From contig OY969474.1 of assembly GCA_963700145.1 (NCBI GenBank), positions 2,752,001-2,816,000 on the forward strand: a DNA stretch of 64,000 nt, in the 5' to 3' direction. The translations under genes were made by a program, and so were the position numbers. Source of the DNA: an uncultured Acidobacteriota bacterium (GTDB lineage: Bacteria > Acidobacteriota > Thermoanaerobaculia > Multivoradales > UBA5704). Numbering within the stretch: position 1 is the stretch's first letter; every line of letters begins with the position of its first letter. The notes beneath the pieces are model-generated. The model was not told where the DNA came from, ran no database searches, and worked only from the letters and a program-made list of their open reading frames with translations. This document shows, in pieces, positions 8,292 through 17,283 of the stretch.

Positions 8292-10313
8292 GTGGAGGAC
8301 CTTATGCGCTCACACAGGACGATCTTCCTATTCACGTCTCTCGCGCTGACCTTGTCATCTTTAGCACATGCCGTCGAACCCGCCTCTGGCCATGCGGAAA
8401 TACGGATCAATCACAAAGATGCCATCGTTTATAAGCACCCCACCTATGTCTTCCGATCCTGGACCACTGATTACAAGGAGCTGCCGGCTCGCGTCCTGGC
8501 GACTCCACATCCGTTCACTGTTCGACCGGGAGAAAAGGTCACTATCTATATAGAAGATCGTAACCCGTTCCTCTATTCATACGTATGGACTAGCGCTGAG
8601 GGAATCGCCACTCAGAATGCGACGGCAGCGGCAGTCTTCACGAAGGGGCTGCTCACGCTTATACAGAACCTTGAGCCGGCTTCCGGTTCCAGCGACCTAA
8701 CCCCATACGATCCTTACGGTATTCGGACAGCACGGGGTGCGCAGTTCGTGCTGGCGTCGCTGCACCAAGACTTCGAATTAGACGATGACTTTCCGATCGA
8801 AAGCCCGGGCTCGAGCAAGGAGATTCTCGAGAGAGCTGCTGGAAGGATCAATGCGCTTCAAATAGGTGGAGACCGGACATTCGGCGAGCAGGTCATGGAT
8901 TTTCGCGTTGACGACATCATGGAGCGCGCTATCGAGGCCGTCCGGAGCAAGAATGTCCCCACTCCTGAGAATCCGAGGATCAGAGAAATCCTAAAAGAAG
9001 CGGGTATTCCGAATACCCGAAGCTTTCTCCAAGACTTCAAGGCGCTCGCAGCTAAATTGTATCTCTTCGGTGAACAGACAGAGAAGCTCATCAGTGAAGT
9101 CGAGAGTGGCAACGGTCGCGCCGCTAAGGAAGTGGTGAACGGATGGCAGCTGGAGCGCAATATACCTGACCTCGGCAAGCGCTACGACCTCATGCGAAGC
9201 GCAATGGATGCTCTCGTATCAGAAGTGAATGCAGAGAAGAACACAGAAGAGCTCTCCGAGGAGATCGCTACCAAGATCCGGAGAGCCGACTTCATCAAGC
9301 GTAAGTTGGCAAGACTTCCCGGGATTCTAAATGAGGCCGAGGCACAGCAGCTGCCGGCGCTATGTAGTGAGTGGTCCAAGTTGACCGGCGGGAGTCGCGC
9401 CGCATGCCTGGCTGACCCAACGAAGCTTGTAGGTAAGACGACAATTCAATCGGAGGAGCTTGAACACGAGGACACGGGAGATGTGGAACTGATCGATCTT
9501 CCGGAGCGGCTTGTCCTTACTGGAAGGCGATTCGAGAAGGGAGAAATCAGGGCTCTTGCCGATGAACTTGACCGAGCCCGGGCGGCCAATCGGGTAAGCA
9601 ATAGGATAAGTGCCGATCCCTTTTATATCAGCGCCCAATTTCTGCTGACGCAGGAGGATGAGACGCGCACCACGTTGTCAGAAATGGAGCAATTCGCCAC
9701 GACGATGGCTCTGGTCGACACAGCGATGCCCCTTGCCGAGATCACCTACGACGGCACGTTGATCAAAGGCGGCAAATTGACGATCACACGGGTTAAGGGC
9801 CTCCCGATCGGGTTGCAGAAGCTCTTCCGAAGAGGTGAACAGGTGGAGGCTGTCTACGATCTCGCGTTCAAGCCGTACAGCGCTGTTCAACTCGAAGCGG
9901 GCGTCGCAACGGTATATAGCTTCGTCAAGCAGCACGATTTTGAGCTCACGCCAGAGGGGAGCAACTTCAGGATCATCGATACTGAGAACGAGTACTCCGG
10001 AGTGGAGCTAGGAGCTATGTTGACCATAGTGCCCGCTCGATGGGCCGACTCCGATTTTTATGGACTGTTCCAAGTAGGAGTGAAGCCAAGCGAGAACCTC
10101 GGGTTCTTCGCTGGGGGCGGTATCAAGTTCTCGAATTGGTTCTCATTCGGCATAGGAGCCGCCTTCGAGCAGGTGGAAAGGCTCAAAGCAGGCGTCGACC
10201 CGGACGGAGACGGCTTGATCCCGAGTAGGGACGCGCTCAAGACAGAGAAGCATTTCGAGCCCGGATTCTATATACATCTAACGGCTAGTAAGGAAATCGG
10301 TAAGAAGAACTGA
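8292..10313 (+). CDS. Secreted/outer-membrane hypothetical protein
   Basis: Signal peptide (SLAHA), helical middle, C-terminal alternating beta-strand region. Confidence 0.75.
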   Translation: MEDLMRSHRTIFLFTSLALTLSSLAHAVEPASGHAEIRINHKDAIVYKHPTYVFRSWTTDYKELPARVLATPHPFTVRPGEKVTIYIEDRNPFLYSYVWTSAEGIATQNATAAAVFTKGLLTLIQNLEPASGSSDLTPYDPYGIRTARGAQFVLASLHQDFELDDDFPIESPGSSKEILERAAGRINALQIGGDRTFGEQVMDFRVDDIMERAIEAVRSKNVPTPENPRIREILKEAGIPNTRSFLQDFKALAAKLYLFGEQTEKLISEVESGNGRAAKEVVNGWQLERNIPDLGKRYDLMRSAMDALVSEVNAEKNTEELSEEIATKIRRADFIKRKLARLPGILNEAEAQQLPALCSEWSKLTGGSRAACLADPTKLVGKTTIQSEELEHEDTGDVELIDLPERLVLTGRRFEKGEIRALADELDRARAANRVSNRISADPFYISAQFLLTQEDETRTTLSEMEQFATTMALVDTAMPLAEITYDGTLIKGGKLTITRVKGLPIGLQKLFRRGEQVEAVYDLAFKPYSAVQLEAGVATVYSFVKQHDFELTPEGSNFRIIDTENEYSGVELGAMLTIVPARWADSDFYGLFQVGVKPSENLGFFAGGGIKFSNWFSFGIGAAFEQVERLKAGVDPDGDGLIPSRDALKTEKHFEPGFYIHLTASKEIGKKN

Positions 10314-10345
10314 GCGTGACCGGCAACGCTGTATTGAGGACGAAT

Positions 10346-10371
10346 CACACCCCGCTATCAAGCGGGGTGTG
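10346..10371. terminator. Bidirectional hairpin/terminator, copy 1
   Basis: cacaccccgct-atca-agcggggtgtg; same stem at 15265-15290. Confidence 0.7.
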
Positions 10372-10392
10372 TGAGAATTCTGCAACTGGTCA

Positions 10393-10545
10393 TCATAGAG
10401 ATCCTGGATGTAGAGTGAACTCAGGATTCTTCTCGAACCAGTCGAGGATCTCTCGCATAACGTGTCTCAACTCAGATTCTCTCGTGACCTGCGTCTCCGG
10501 CAGGTTTGTACCGCTTCGACCTCCGGCCCGTTGAAGGTCACTACA
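10393..10545 (-). pseudogene. Orphan C-terminal tail of a serine recombinase
   Basis: Translates to CSDLQRAGGRSGTNLPETQVTRESELRHVMREILDWFEKNPEFTLHPGSL*, matching the recombinase end RTGINLP...LRHVLQEIHDWLRKNP. Confidence 0.8.
10495..10520. repeat. 26-bp direct repeat, putative att site A
   Basis: ctccggcaggtttgtaccgcttcgac; 25/26 identical to 12565-12590. Confidence 0.8.
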
Positions 10546-10556
10546 TAGGGGAGGCC

Positions 10557-12401
10557 ATGTACGCACGAACGATCGTCGTCTTCTTCACAGTCCTGCTGAC
10601 CGCGTGTGCCACCACGACGCGGGGCCGGTCCGTCGTCCTGCGCGGGCAGGTGCTCGATCCGGCGAACGCGCCGGTCGCCGGCGCGATGGTCACGGCCGGA
10701 TCGCGTGCGGCGCGCACGGATGCTCTCGGCGAGTTCCGCCTGGTCGTGCCGCGCGCGGAGCGCATCGCCGCGACCATCATTGCGCCGCGGTTCATCGAGA
10801 CCACGCGGGTGTTCACGTCCGAGAACCTCGCCCGCGGCAAAAACGTCATCGTGATCTGGCCGCGTGCGGCCGCGGTTCCGCTCGACGCCAGCCTCGGCGG
10901 AACGCTGACGTTCCCTGGCGGCACCATCGCCATCCCTCCGGCCGCGCTGGTCGATGCGAACGGTCAGCCGGCGACCGGCAACGTGCGCGTCTCGTTATCG
11001 GCCATCGACGTCTCCGATCCGCGCCAGCTTCGCAGCGCACCCGGTGACTTCACCGCCCGCATGCGCGACGGCTCCACGCAGCGGCTGGAGACATTCGGGA
11101 TATTCGAGGTCTTCGCCGAGGACGCGGCCGGGCGGCGGCTGGACCTCGCCCGGGGCCGCGAGGCGCAGGTCCGGCTGCGCATCCCGCCGCCGCTGCAGCG
11201 CAACGCGCCGGACGTGGTCGGATCCTTCCGTTTCGATCCGGCCGACGGGCGGTGGGTGGAGGAAGGTCGGATGATCCTCGCGCCCGCTGGAGACGCGTTC
11301 GACTTCCCCATCCCGACCTTCGCCGTGAAGTGGAACGCCGATCAGGTCATGGCAACCACGTGCATCAAACTGCAGGTCCTCGACTCCGGCTGCGGCCAGG
11401 CAGCGGCGACGGTGAACGCGCACGTCGAGGCGGGCGGAGTCAATTACACCGGCTACTCCCATGACTACACCGATGGAAGCGGAGAGGCCTGTCTCTCGGT
11501 CAAGAAGAGCGCCGTCGCCGGCGTGACCGTCAACGGCGGCAACGCGCTCAACATCGCCACGCCCGCCACCATCGCCAGCGCGCCGGGCGACTGCAACAAC
11601 CCCGCGCTCTGCCCGCTGGTGGCGACGACGCACCTCGGCGGCGCCGGCTTCGTCGAGCCGCTGAATGCCGACGATCCGTCCCGCTGGACTAAAGCCGACT
11701 GGCAGAACGCCGATCAGCTCTTCGGCACCGCCTGGAAGCCGACCACCAACCACGTCTCTTTCGCGAACGGTGAGCTGACCCTCACCCTCACGGACTACGG
11801 CAACACTCCCGCGGACGTCTGCGCCACGGATCCCGTCGCGAACTGCCACGGCGAGAACTACACGTCCGGCGAGTACCGTACCAACTGCTTCTACGGCTAC
11901 GGCACCTACAAGGCCAAGATCCGCGCCGCGCGCGGGGACGGACTGGTGACGACTTTCTTCACCTACACCGACATCTTCGACGGCACGGCCGGGCCGAACA
12001 ACACCAACTGGCACGACGAGATCGACATCGAGATCCTCGGCAAAACCCCGGCCTCGAGCGGTTGCGCGGGGACGATCGTGCAGTTTAACTACTTCATCAA
12101 AGGCACTCAGGACCCGGAGCCGAAGTGCCTCCTCTTCGACGCGTCGCTGATGGAGCACGAGTACGAGTTCAGGTGGACGCAGACAGAGATCAAATGGTAC
12201 GTCGACGGTGTCCACCAGCACACCGAGTTTCGCCCGTCGCCTACGGCCGATTGGCCGAGCCAGCCCGGGCGGGTCATGGCCAGCGTCTGGGCGGGCGACA
12301 ATACTAACGGGGGTGCTGTCGCTTGGCTGGGCACGTTCAACTATAACGCCGCCGGGATCATCCGCGACGCCGTCTTCTCCGAGATCAGCTACACGCCGTG
12401 A
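10557..12401 (+). CDS. Lipoprotein with carboxypeptidase-regulatory-like domain and C-terminal GH16 glycoside hydrolase
   Basis: RBS ggagg, lipobox LLTAC, catalytic EIDIE motif, YTSGEY/YGYGTY, WYVDG. Confidence 0.88.
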   Translation: MYARTIVVFFTVLLTACATTTRGRSVVLRGQVLDPANAPVAGAMVTAGSRAARTDALGEFRLVVPRAERIAATIIAPRFIETTRVFTSENLARGKNVIVIWPRAAAVPLDASLGGTLTFPGGTIAIPPAALVDANGQPATGNVRVSLSAIDVSDPRQLRSAPGDFTARMRDGSTQRLETFGIFEVFAEDAAGRRLDLARGREAQVRLRIPPPLQRNAPDVVGSFRFDPADGRWVEEGRMILAPAGDAFDFPIPTFAVKWNADQVMATTCIKLQVLDSGCGQAAATVNAHVEAGGVNYTGYSHDYTDGSGEACLSVKKSAVAGVTVNGGNALNIATPATIASAPGDCNNPALCPLVATTHLGGAGFVEPLNADDPSRWTKADWQNADQLFGTAWKPTTNHVSFANGELTLTLTDYGNTPADVCATDPVANCHGENYTSGEYRTNCFYGYGTYKAKIRAARGDGLVTTFFTYTDIFDGTAGPNNTNWHDEIDIEILGKTPASSGCAGTIVQFNYFIKGTQDPEPKCLLFDASLMEHEYEFRWTQTEIKWYVDGVHQHTEFRPSPTADWPSQPGRVMASVWAGDNTNGGAVAWLGTFNYNAAGIIRDAVFSEISYTP

Positions 12402-12564
12402 CGCCCGCCCTGCGGCTACGCTTCATAGACGAACTCCCAGGGAAGCAAGTGGCGGCAATTCTCGGAGTGCATGCACCCAAGCGCCCGCAAGATCGTGCAG
12501 CGCGCGCGAGCCCGACTCGGAGCAGCTCGTCGAGAGATTGAGGATGGTGCAAAGCAAAGGCCGA

Positions 12565-12590
12565 CTCCGGCAGCTTTGTACCGCTTCGAC
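12565..12590. repeat. 26-bp direct repeat, putative att site B
   Basis: ctccggcagctttgtaccgcttcgac; minus strand reads RSGTKLPE like recombinase RTGINLP. Confidence 0.8.
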
Positions 12591-12773
12591 ACCTGATGGG
12601 GCCACGTGCAGGCACCGATGAGAGACGGTGGAGTAAACCGCTGGTGTGCTGGCTAGCAGGTTAGTGGTAGACTAAAGGTAAGCAGCGCCATTGTGCGATC
12701 ACGTCGACGATGGTGTTCCAGTCAAATCCGCGTGGGCGGGCACTACGCCTTTGCGTTCCGCCCCAGGTCTTCC

Positions 12774-12911
12774 CACCTCCGCTCTGGTAATCCTCGGCAG
12801 AGTCATTCCGCCGGGGAACTCACGAAGCTCCCGCACCCGCGAGGATGCGAGGGTGACTGCTCAAGTCGGGGGGAGTGAGACAGTGAAGGTGCTATCTGGA
12901 GATCAGCGTAG
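12774..12911. ncRNA. Putative structured RNA element, copy 2
   Basis: Homologous to 7940-8070; tetraloop GCGA replaces GCAA. Confidence 0.55.
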
Positions 12912-12997
12912 CGCGATCATCTCGCCTGCATAGGCGCAGGAACCTGCCGGAGAGGGACGACCTTCTAGGCCCCATGCAGCTGTGCACATTCTTTGAT

Positions 12998-13026
12998 TTG
13001 ACCGCACGCGCTTAGAGAGTTACCGT
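12998..13026 (+). promoter_or_regulatory. Sigma70-like promoter
   Basis: TTGACC-17 bp-TACCGT upstream of RBS gggagg and ATG 13055. Confidence 0.45.
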
Positions 13027-13054
13027 AGAGCAGCAACTCCGAAAGGGAGGGACT

Positions 13055-13382
13055 ATGACTGCTCCGCTATTGCGCACGGCACGTATCTGTTCGCTTGTTC
13101 TTCCACTGATGTATCCGTTGGCAGGCGCGCCGCTCCAGGCAGACGCCTATGCCTTGCAGGTCGATAGTGGCGGCACTCTCCTCACCAACCTCGAGTACTA
13201 CGCTCGCGAAGAAGCGGACTCGAATGATGTTAGCGTTCACGCGAAGCGCAACCTTAACGGGCAGTCCTACGTGGGGGTCGGGCAAGATCGGCAATAGCAT
13301 GTCCCTGACCGCGCTCTCAAGTGGTGTGCAGCTGAACGGCCTGCCGATTTGGACCGAAGATCACCTGCCACTCGCCCTATAG
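13055..13382 (+). pseudogene. Small secreted protein, probably frameshifted at a G run near 13273
   Basis: Strong RBS and signal peptide; removing one G joins ..GQSYVG to SGKIGNSMSLTALSSGVQLNGLPIW.. ending at the next gene's RBS. Confidence 0.4.
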
Positions 13383-13392
13383 GAGAAGAGCA

Positions 13393-13572
13393 ATGGCTGA
13401 TCAACGAGACGAGAAGAACGATGCGGATGTTAGAAACCTTGACGCAAGTAGTTCTGACGAAGAGACGCGCGAATGCCGAATGCCGTGTCCGGAAGAAGGT
13501 TGCTACCAAAGGTGTGGTAAGAACTGGGGTCATCCGCGTCCGCACACTTGCCCTACGCACGGGGATTTCTAG
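13393..13572 (+). CDS. 59-aa Cys/His-rich peptide with acidic N-terminal half
   Basis: RBS aggaga at 13381; MADQRDEKNDADVRNLDASSSDEETRECRMPCPEEGCYQRCGKNWGHPRPHTCPTHGDF. Confidence 0.6.
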   Translation: MADQRDEKNDADVRNLDASSSDEETRECRMPCPEEGCYQRCGKNWGHPRPHTCPTHGDF

Positions 13573-14056
13573 CGATGACGAAACCTTGAATAAGAGTAAC
13601 GTTAGAGCTGCGGCGCGATAGGTTTCGTGTAGACCTCGTAGAAAAAGGCGCGCAGCCTTGCTCGACGCGTACATCTGCTCCGGCCGGGTGTGGGGGGTTC
13701 TCGCGGCGACCGACTTTTTTTCCTCTGCCCTCGTCGCCGCGGCCTCTTCAACAGTCGCCGTTTTAGGAGGCCAGTATGCCTGAGAATCAACAGAGTGAGG
13801 CGCATCGTGTGACTACGGCTGCAATTCATACACAAGGTTCGGAGGCTGAAGTGACATTTTTGAAGCTTGCGGCGCTAAGCATCCCCTCTGTACGAAGGCC
13901 TTGGAGAATGTGAAATGCGAAAAGGACATAAAATTGGGGCCAAGATCACGTATGTAAGTGCAATGCGACCTGGTGATATCCGATGCGCCCGGTGCATTCA
14001 GCGCAAGGTCTATTGAACTTGGCGATGTCGAAGCGGTTGACCCGGCTTGAGGTGAG

Positions 14057-15133
14057 TTGCTGCGGCAGCGGTACCATCGGCTGATGAAATTCCACCAAGA
14101 CACGATCCGCGACCCAGAAATCGTGGACCTCGAGGGCGCCACCGTGCTGCTACCGGAGGGCTGGAAGCGGGAGGGCGGGTTCGTGTGGATGCCGCAGTTT
14201 TCGATCCAAGCCAACCTGCTCATCAGGGTCTCCGACCCGAACACGGGCGCGGCGATGCAGACGCTGCTCGCCCAACACTTCGTCTGGTCCTGGCAGCCAT
14301 CGGTCACCTCCATGCCGCCCGGCTCGAACTGGCTCGGCTCGGTGATGCTCCCCCCGCCGCGCGAGCCGGCCGAGTGCGTGCACATGGTGTTCATGCCCGG
14401 CCCCCTGCAACACTTGCGTGGCGCGCGGCTCGTGCGGGTCGAGGACCTGCAGCCATATGCCGCGGAGCTGGCGCTCGGCGCCCCCCAGATGAACCTGCAC
14501 GCGACGCGATTGCGTTACGCCTTCGACTGGAACGGGCAGGGATGGGAAGAGGACGTCTATCTCATCGTCGTGCTCTCCCCGCCGGAGGAGGGGTGGTTGG
14601 CGATCTGGCGGTGCGCGGCCTGGTCGGCGCGTGCGCCGATGGATGAGTTGGACGGGATGACTCCCCTGCTCGCGGCGATCGCGCTGTCGGTGCGCACCAC
14701 CTTCGATTGGGCGGCGCTGCTCGCTTACACGCAGCTCGAGTTCCAACTGAATATCAAGAGGCAACAGACCCGCCCGATCATCCGACAACAGCGGGGAGCG
14801 ATCTGGGCGCAGGAGCAGACGCCGTACACGATGTGGGTCCAGCGCCAGGAAGAGATCCGCAAAAAGCACCGCCCGGCGTGGGAGGCGCGGCAACCGGGCC
14901 TCGACCGTGAGCGCATCGTCCTGAGCCGACTCATCGGCGGACTCGAGACGTACATCAACCCGTTCGATTCGGGCCGTGTGCAATTGCCATCGAGCGATTC
15001 CGGTTACTGGATCAGCAAGGAAGGTCAGGTCGTCACCGCAAGCGATGCCGCCTTCGACCCAAGCGCGGGCAGCACGCCAGGGTGGAAGAAAATGATGTTA
15101 GATGTCGGAGCTGCAACGCACTCGCAGCATTAG
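14057..15133 (+). CDS. Hypothetical protein (start uncertain)
   Basis: Long ORF with protein-like composition (LLPEGWKREGG..W), convergent on the recombinase. Confidence 0.7.
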   Translation: MLRQRYHRLMKFHQDTIRDPEIVDLEGATVLLPEGWKREGGFVWMPQFSIQANLLIRVSDPNTGAAMQTLLAQHFVWSWQPSVTSMPPGSNWLGSVMLPPPREPAECVHMVFMPGPLQHLRGARLVRVEDLQPYAAELALGAPQMNLHATRLRYAFDWNGQGWEEDVYLIVVLSPPEEGWLAIWRCAAWSARAPMDELDGMTPLLAAIALSVRTTFDWAALLAYTQLEFQLNIKRQQTRPIIRQQRGAIWAQEQTPYTMWVQRQEEIRKKHRPAWEARQPGLDRERIVLSRLIGGLETYINPFDSGRVQLPSSDSGYWISKEGQVVTASDAAFDPSAGSTPGWKKMMLDVGAATHSQH

Positions 15134-15264
15134 TATGACTAGCCCTGCAGCACGCTTCTCAAGGTGCTTTATTCCTTGGAGTCTGGTGGCAGCTCGCATC
15201 TCCTGTTAGGTTCAGACAGAAGCGAAGGTTACATTCGGGGCTGTTGAGTGGGACCGAGTACAAG

Positions 15265-15290
15265 CACACCCCGCCGTCTGGCGGGGTGTG
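15265..15290. terminator. Hairpin/terminator after recombinase, copy 2
   Basis: cacaccccgcc-gtct-ggcggggtgtg; compensatory C-G versus T-A pair relative to copy 1. Confidence 0.7.
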
Positions 15291-15297
15291 AATCGAT

Positions 15298-16935
15298 CTA
15301 CTGCTGGCGATCTCGGATACTCCGAAGTACACTGGTAGGTACTGTGGGATTCTTCCGAAGCCAGTCATGGATCTCTTGGAGAACGTGTCTCAATCCAGAA
15401 ACAGGATGAGTATTTAGCATCGTACTTGTCGCCGCCGGCAGGTTTATGCCGGTTCGAGAACTGTCCCGACTACGTCCACCTAGTTGCGTTTGGTCGTGCT
15501 TAGACAGTAGGCCAAACGGGAATAGTAGCTCAACCACAACGTTCTTTCGATCCGCGCGCCGGTTCGAGGTGAGCATTTCCAGCAGCTCACGTTTTTCATC
15601 GTCCGTTCCCAGTTCGTGGCTCAGTGAGGCCGTGGAGGCAAGTTCGAGGATTTCGCGCAGGCGAGTTGCCTCTTCCTCAGCATCCACCTCCCTGGCAAGC
15701 TTCTCTTCCAGCTCTCGCTGATCGAGGAGGAGTCGCTTCTTGCGTCCCTCAAAGGCCTCCTTGTCGAGAGTTCCTTCAAGGTAAGCGTCCACTAAGCGGT
15801 CTTGGCGAGTCTGGAGAGCAGCGAGCTGGAGCTTCCACGTCTCCTTCGTCCGCTCCGTACTTTCCTCATGGTGACCGAGGAATGCATCTGCTTCCACCTC
15901 CAAGGCAGCGCGTTCGGTATCGGACAGCCGCAACATGGAATACGCGCTCGTAACCGCGGCCTCGAGCAGCTCCTCCCTCACGCCGGTCATCGGGCAGATC
16001 TTCGTGTGGCAGCGGTAGTAGACATGGCCCTTCTGCAGCTCGCCGATCAGCGCGTAGCCGCACTCGCCGCACCGGAACATTCGGCGGTAGCGGAGGAGAT
16101 TGCGCCCGGTAGTTTTCTGAGACTTCCCGGAGAGAAGTGCCTGCACACGCTTGAAGAGCTGCGTGCTGATGAGCGCTTGATGCACTCCCTTGTAGACCGC
16201 ACCCCCCTTGTGGACGATGAGCCCCATGTAAAAGGGATTGTTGAGCATCGCAGAGAGCCCGTTGCGCGTCACCGGGCCGCCTTGGCGGTTGCGCAATCCC
16301 ATTCGGGCGAGCTCCTCGCACAAGGTGTCGAGGCTGTGGGCGCCGGTGGCGTACAGCTCGAAGGCTCTCCGTACTGTCGAACCTGTTACGGGGCAAATGG
16401 TCTTGACCTTCCCGCGAGGCCCGTTGTTGACGTAGCCGAGGGGTGCTCCCCAGGGGAGCAGTCCCTGGCTCAGCCTCCCGGCAATGCCTTTCTTCACTTC
16501 CTCGCGGAGGTTGCGGATGTAGTCGGTGGCGAAGACTGCCTGCACGTCAGCCAAGAGCCGCTTGCCGCGGGTGCTCAGGTCTAGGTTGTCGCTGGCGAAC
16601 CGGACGCCGAAGCCTTCATCGGCAAGGTCGTTGATGTCCGCCCAGTCGTGATAGTTGCGGCTGGAGCGATCTACCTTGTGCACGATGAAACCTTCGGCCT
16701 CTCCTCTTCGCAGGCGCTTGGCCATGGAAGAGAAGACGGGCCGGCCGCGGACTGCCGCGGTCTCGATCTCGCGAAACCACTCGACGATGGTGAGCCCCTC
16801 ACGTTCTGCGTAGCGAGAAACGACGCTGCGCTGCTCGGCGAAGGAGGCACCCTCCCGTGAGTCTTTCTGGTCCGGGTCCTTTTCGTCATCCTGTTTTGGA
16901 TCCGAGACACGGATGTATGCGAAGAATCGCTTCAT
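15298..16935 (-). CDS. Large serine recombinase (integrase)
   Basis: YIRVS catalytic Ser, VHKVDRSSRN, recombinase domain (PLGY, NPFYMG), zinc ribbon CGECG/YYRCH..C, coiled coil. Confidence 0.95.
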   Translation of the reverse strand: MKRFFAYIRVSDPKQDDEKDPDQKDSREGASFAEQRSVVSRYAEREGLTIVEWFREIETAAVRGRPVFSSMAKRLRRGEAEGFIVHKVDRSSRNYHDWADINDLADEGFGVRFASDNLDLSTRGKRLLADVQAVFATDYIRNLREEVKKGIAGRLSQGLLPWGAPLGYVNNGPRGKVKTICPVTGSTVRRAFELYATGAHSLDTLCEELARMGLRNRQGGPVTRNGLSAMLNNPFYMGLIVHKGGAVYKGVHQALISTQLFKRVQALLSGKSQKTTGRNLLRYRRMFRCGECGYALIGELQKGHVYYRCHTKICPMTGVREELLEAAVTSAYSMLRLSDTERAALEVEADAFLGHHEESTERTKETWKLQLAALQTRQDRLVDAYLEGTLDKEAFEGRKKRLLLDQRELEEKLAREVDAEEEATRLREILELASTASLSHELGTDDEKRELLEMLTSNRRADRKNVVVELLFPFGLLSKHDQTQLGGRSRDSSRTGINLPAATSTMLNTHPVSGLRHVLQEIHDWLRKNPTVPTSVLRSIRDRQQ

Positions 16936-17201
16936 ACGTTCGTGTCGCGGATTTGGCTTGTAAATGATCGACCGTCATCCATGCTACGGGTGCCGTACTC
17001 TCGTGTCAAAGCCGCAAAGCGTTCTCGCTCCTCAGGATCAAAGGCAATGCGGCCGTGCAGACGCACGACGAAGTCTAAGTAGCGCCGCAAGGCGGCGCGT
17101 GCCTCTTCCTGCTCGTCGGGCGTGAGGCCAGGAAAGAGGTCGGTCATTGTGAGTGGCGATGCGTGCATCGCCACAGGGTAGGTTCGCCTTTGATACCGCA
17201 C
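16932..17201 (-). CDS. Small hypothetical protein coupled to recombinase
   Basis: ATGA overlap with recombinase start; LFPGLTPDEQEEARAALRRYL helix; start uncertain. Confidence 0.65.
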   Translation of the reverse strand: MRYQRRTYPVAMHASPLTMTDLFPGLTPDEQEEARAALRRYLDFVVRLHGRIAFDPEERERFAALTREYGTRSMDDGRSFTSQIRDTNV

Positions 17202-17283
17202 AAGACTTCGTTTTCTGCCGGATGCCGGGTTCGGCAGGATGCGGCGTCTTCCGCTCGATCACGGCATCGGTACCCTGTGCTCC

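Noticed and set aside
10495-12590. Classical integron attC sites
   Set aside because: No RYYYAAC/GTTRRRY palindromic structure and no IntI gene; the repeats match the serine recombinase gene instead
13295-13621. TAG read-through (pyrrolysine) joining ORFs 13055 and 13349
   Set aside because: The joined product is not protein-like; a frameshift plus a separate 59-aa gene with RBS explains the region better
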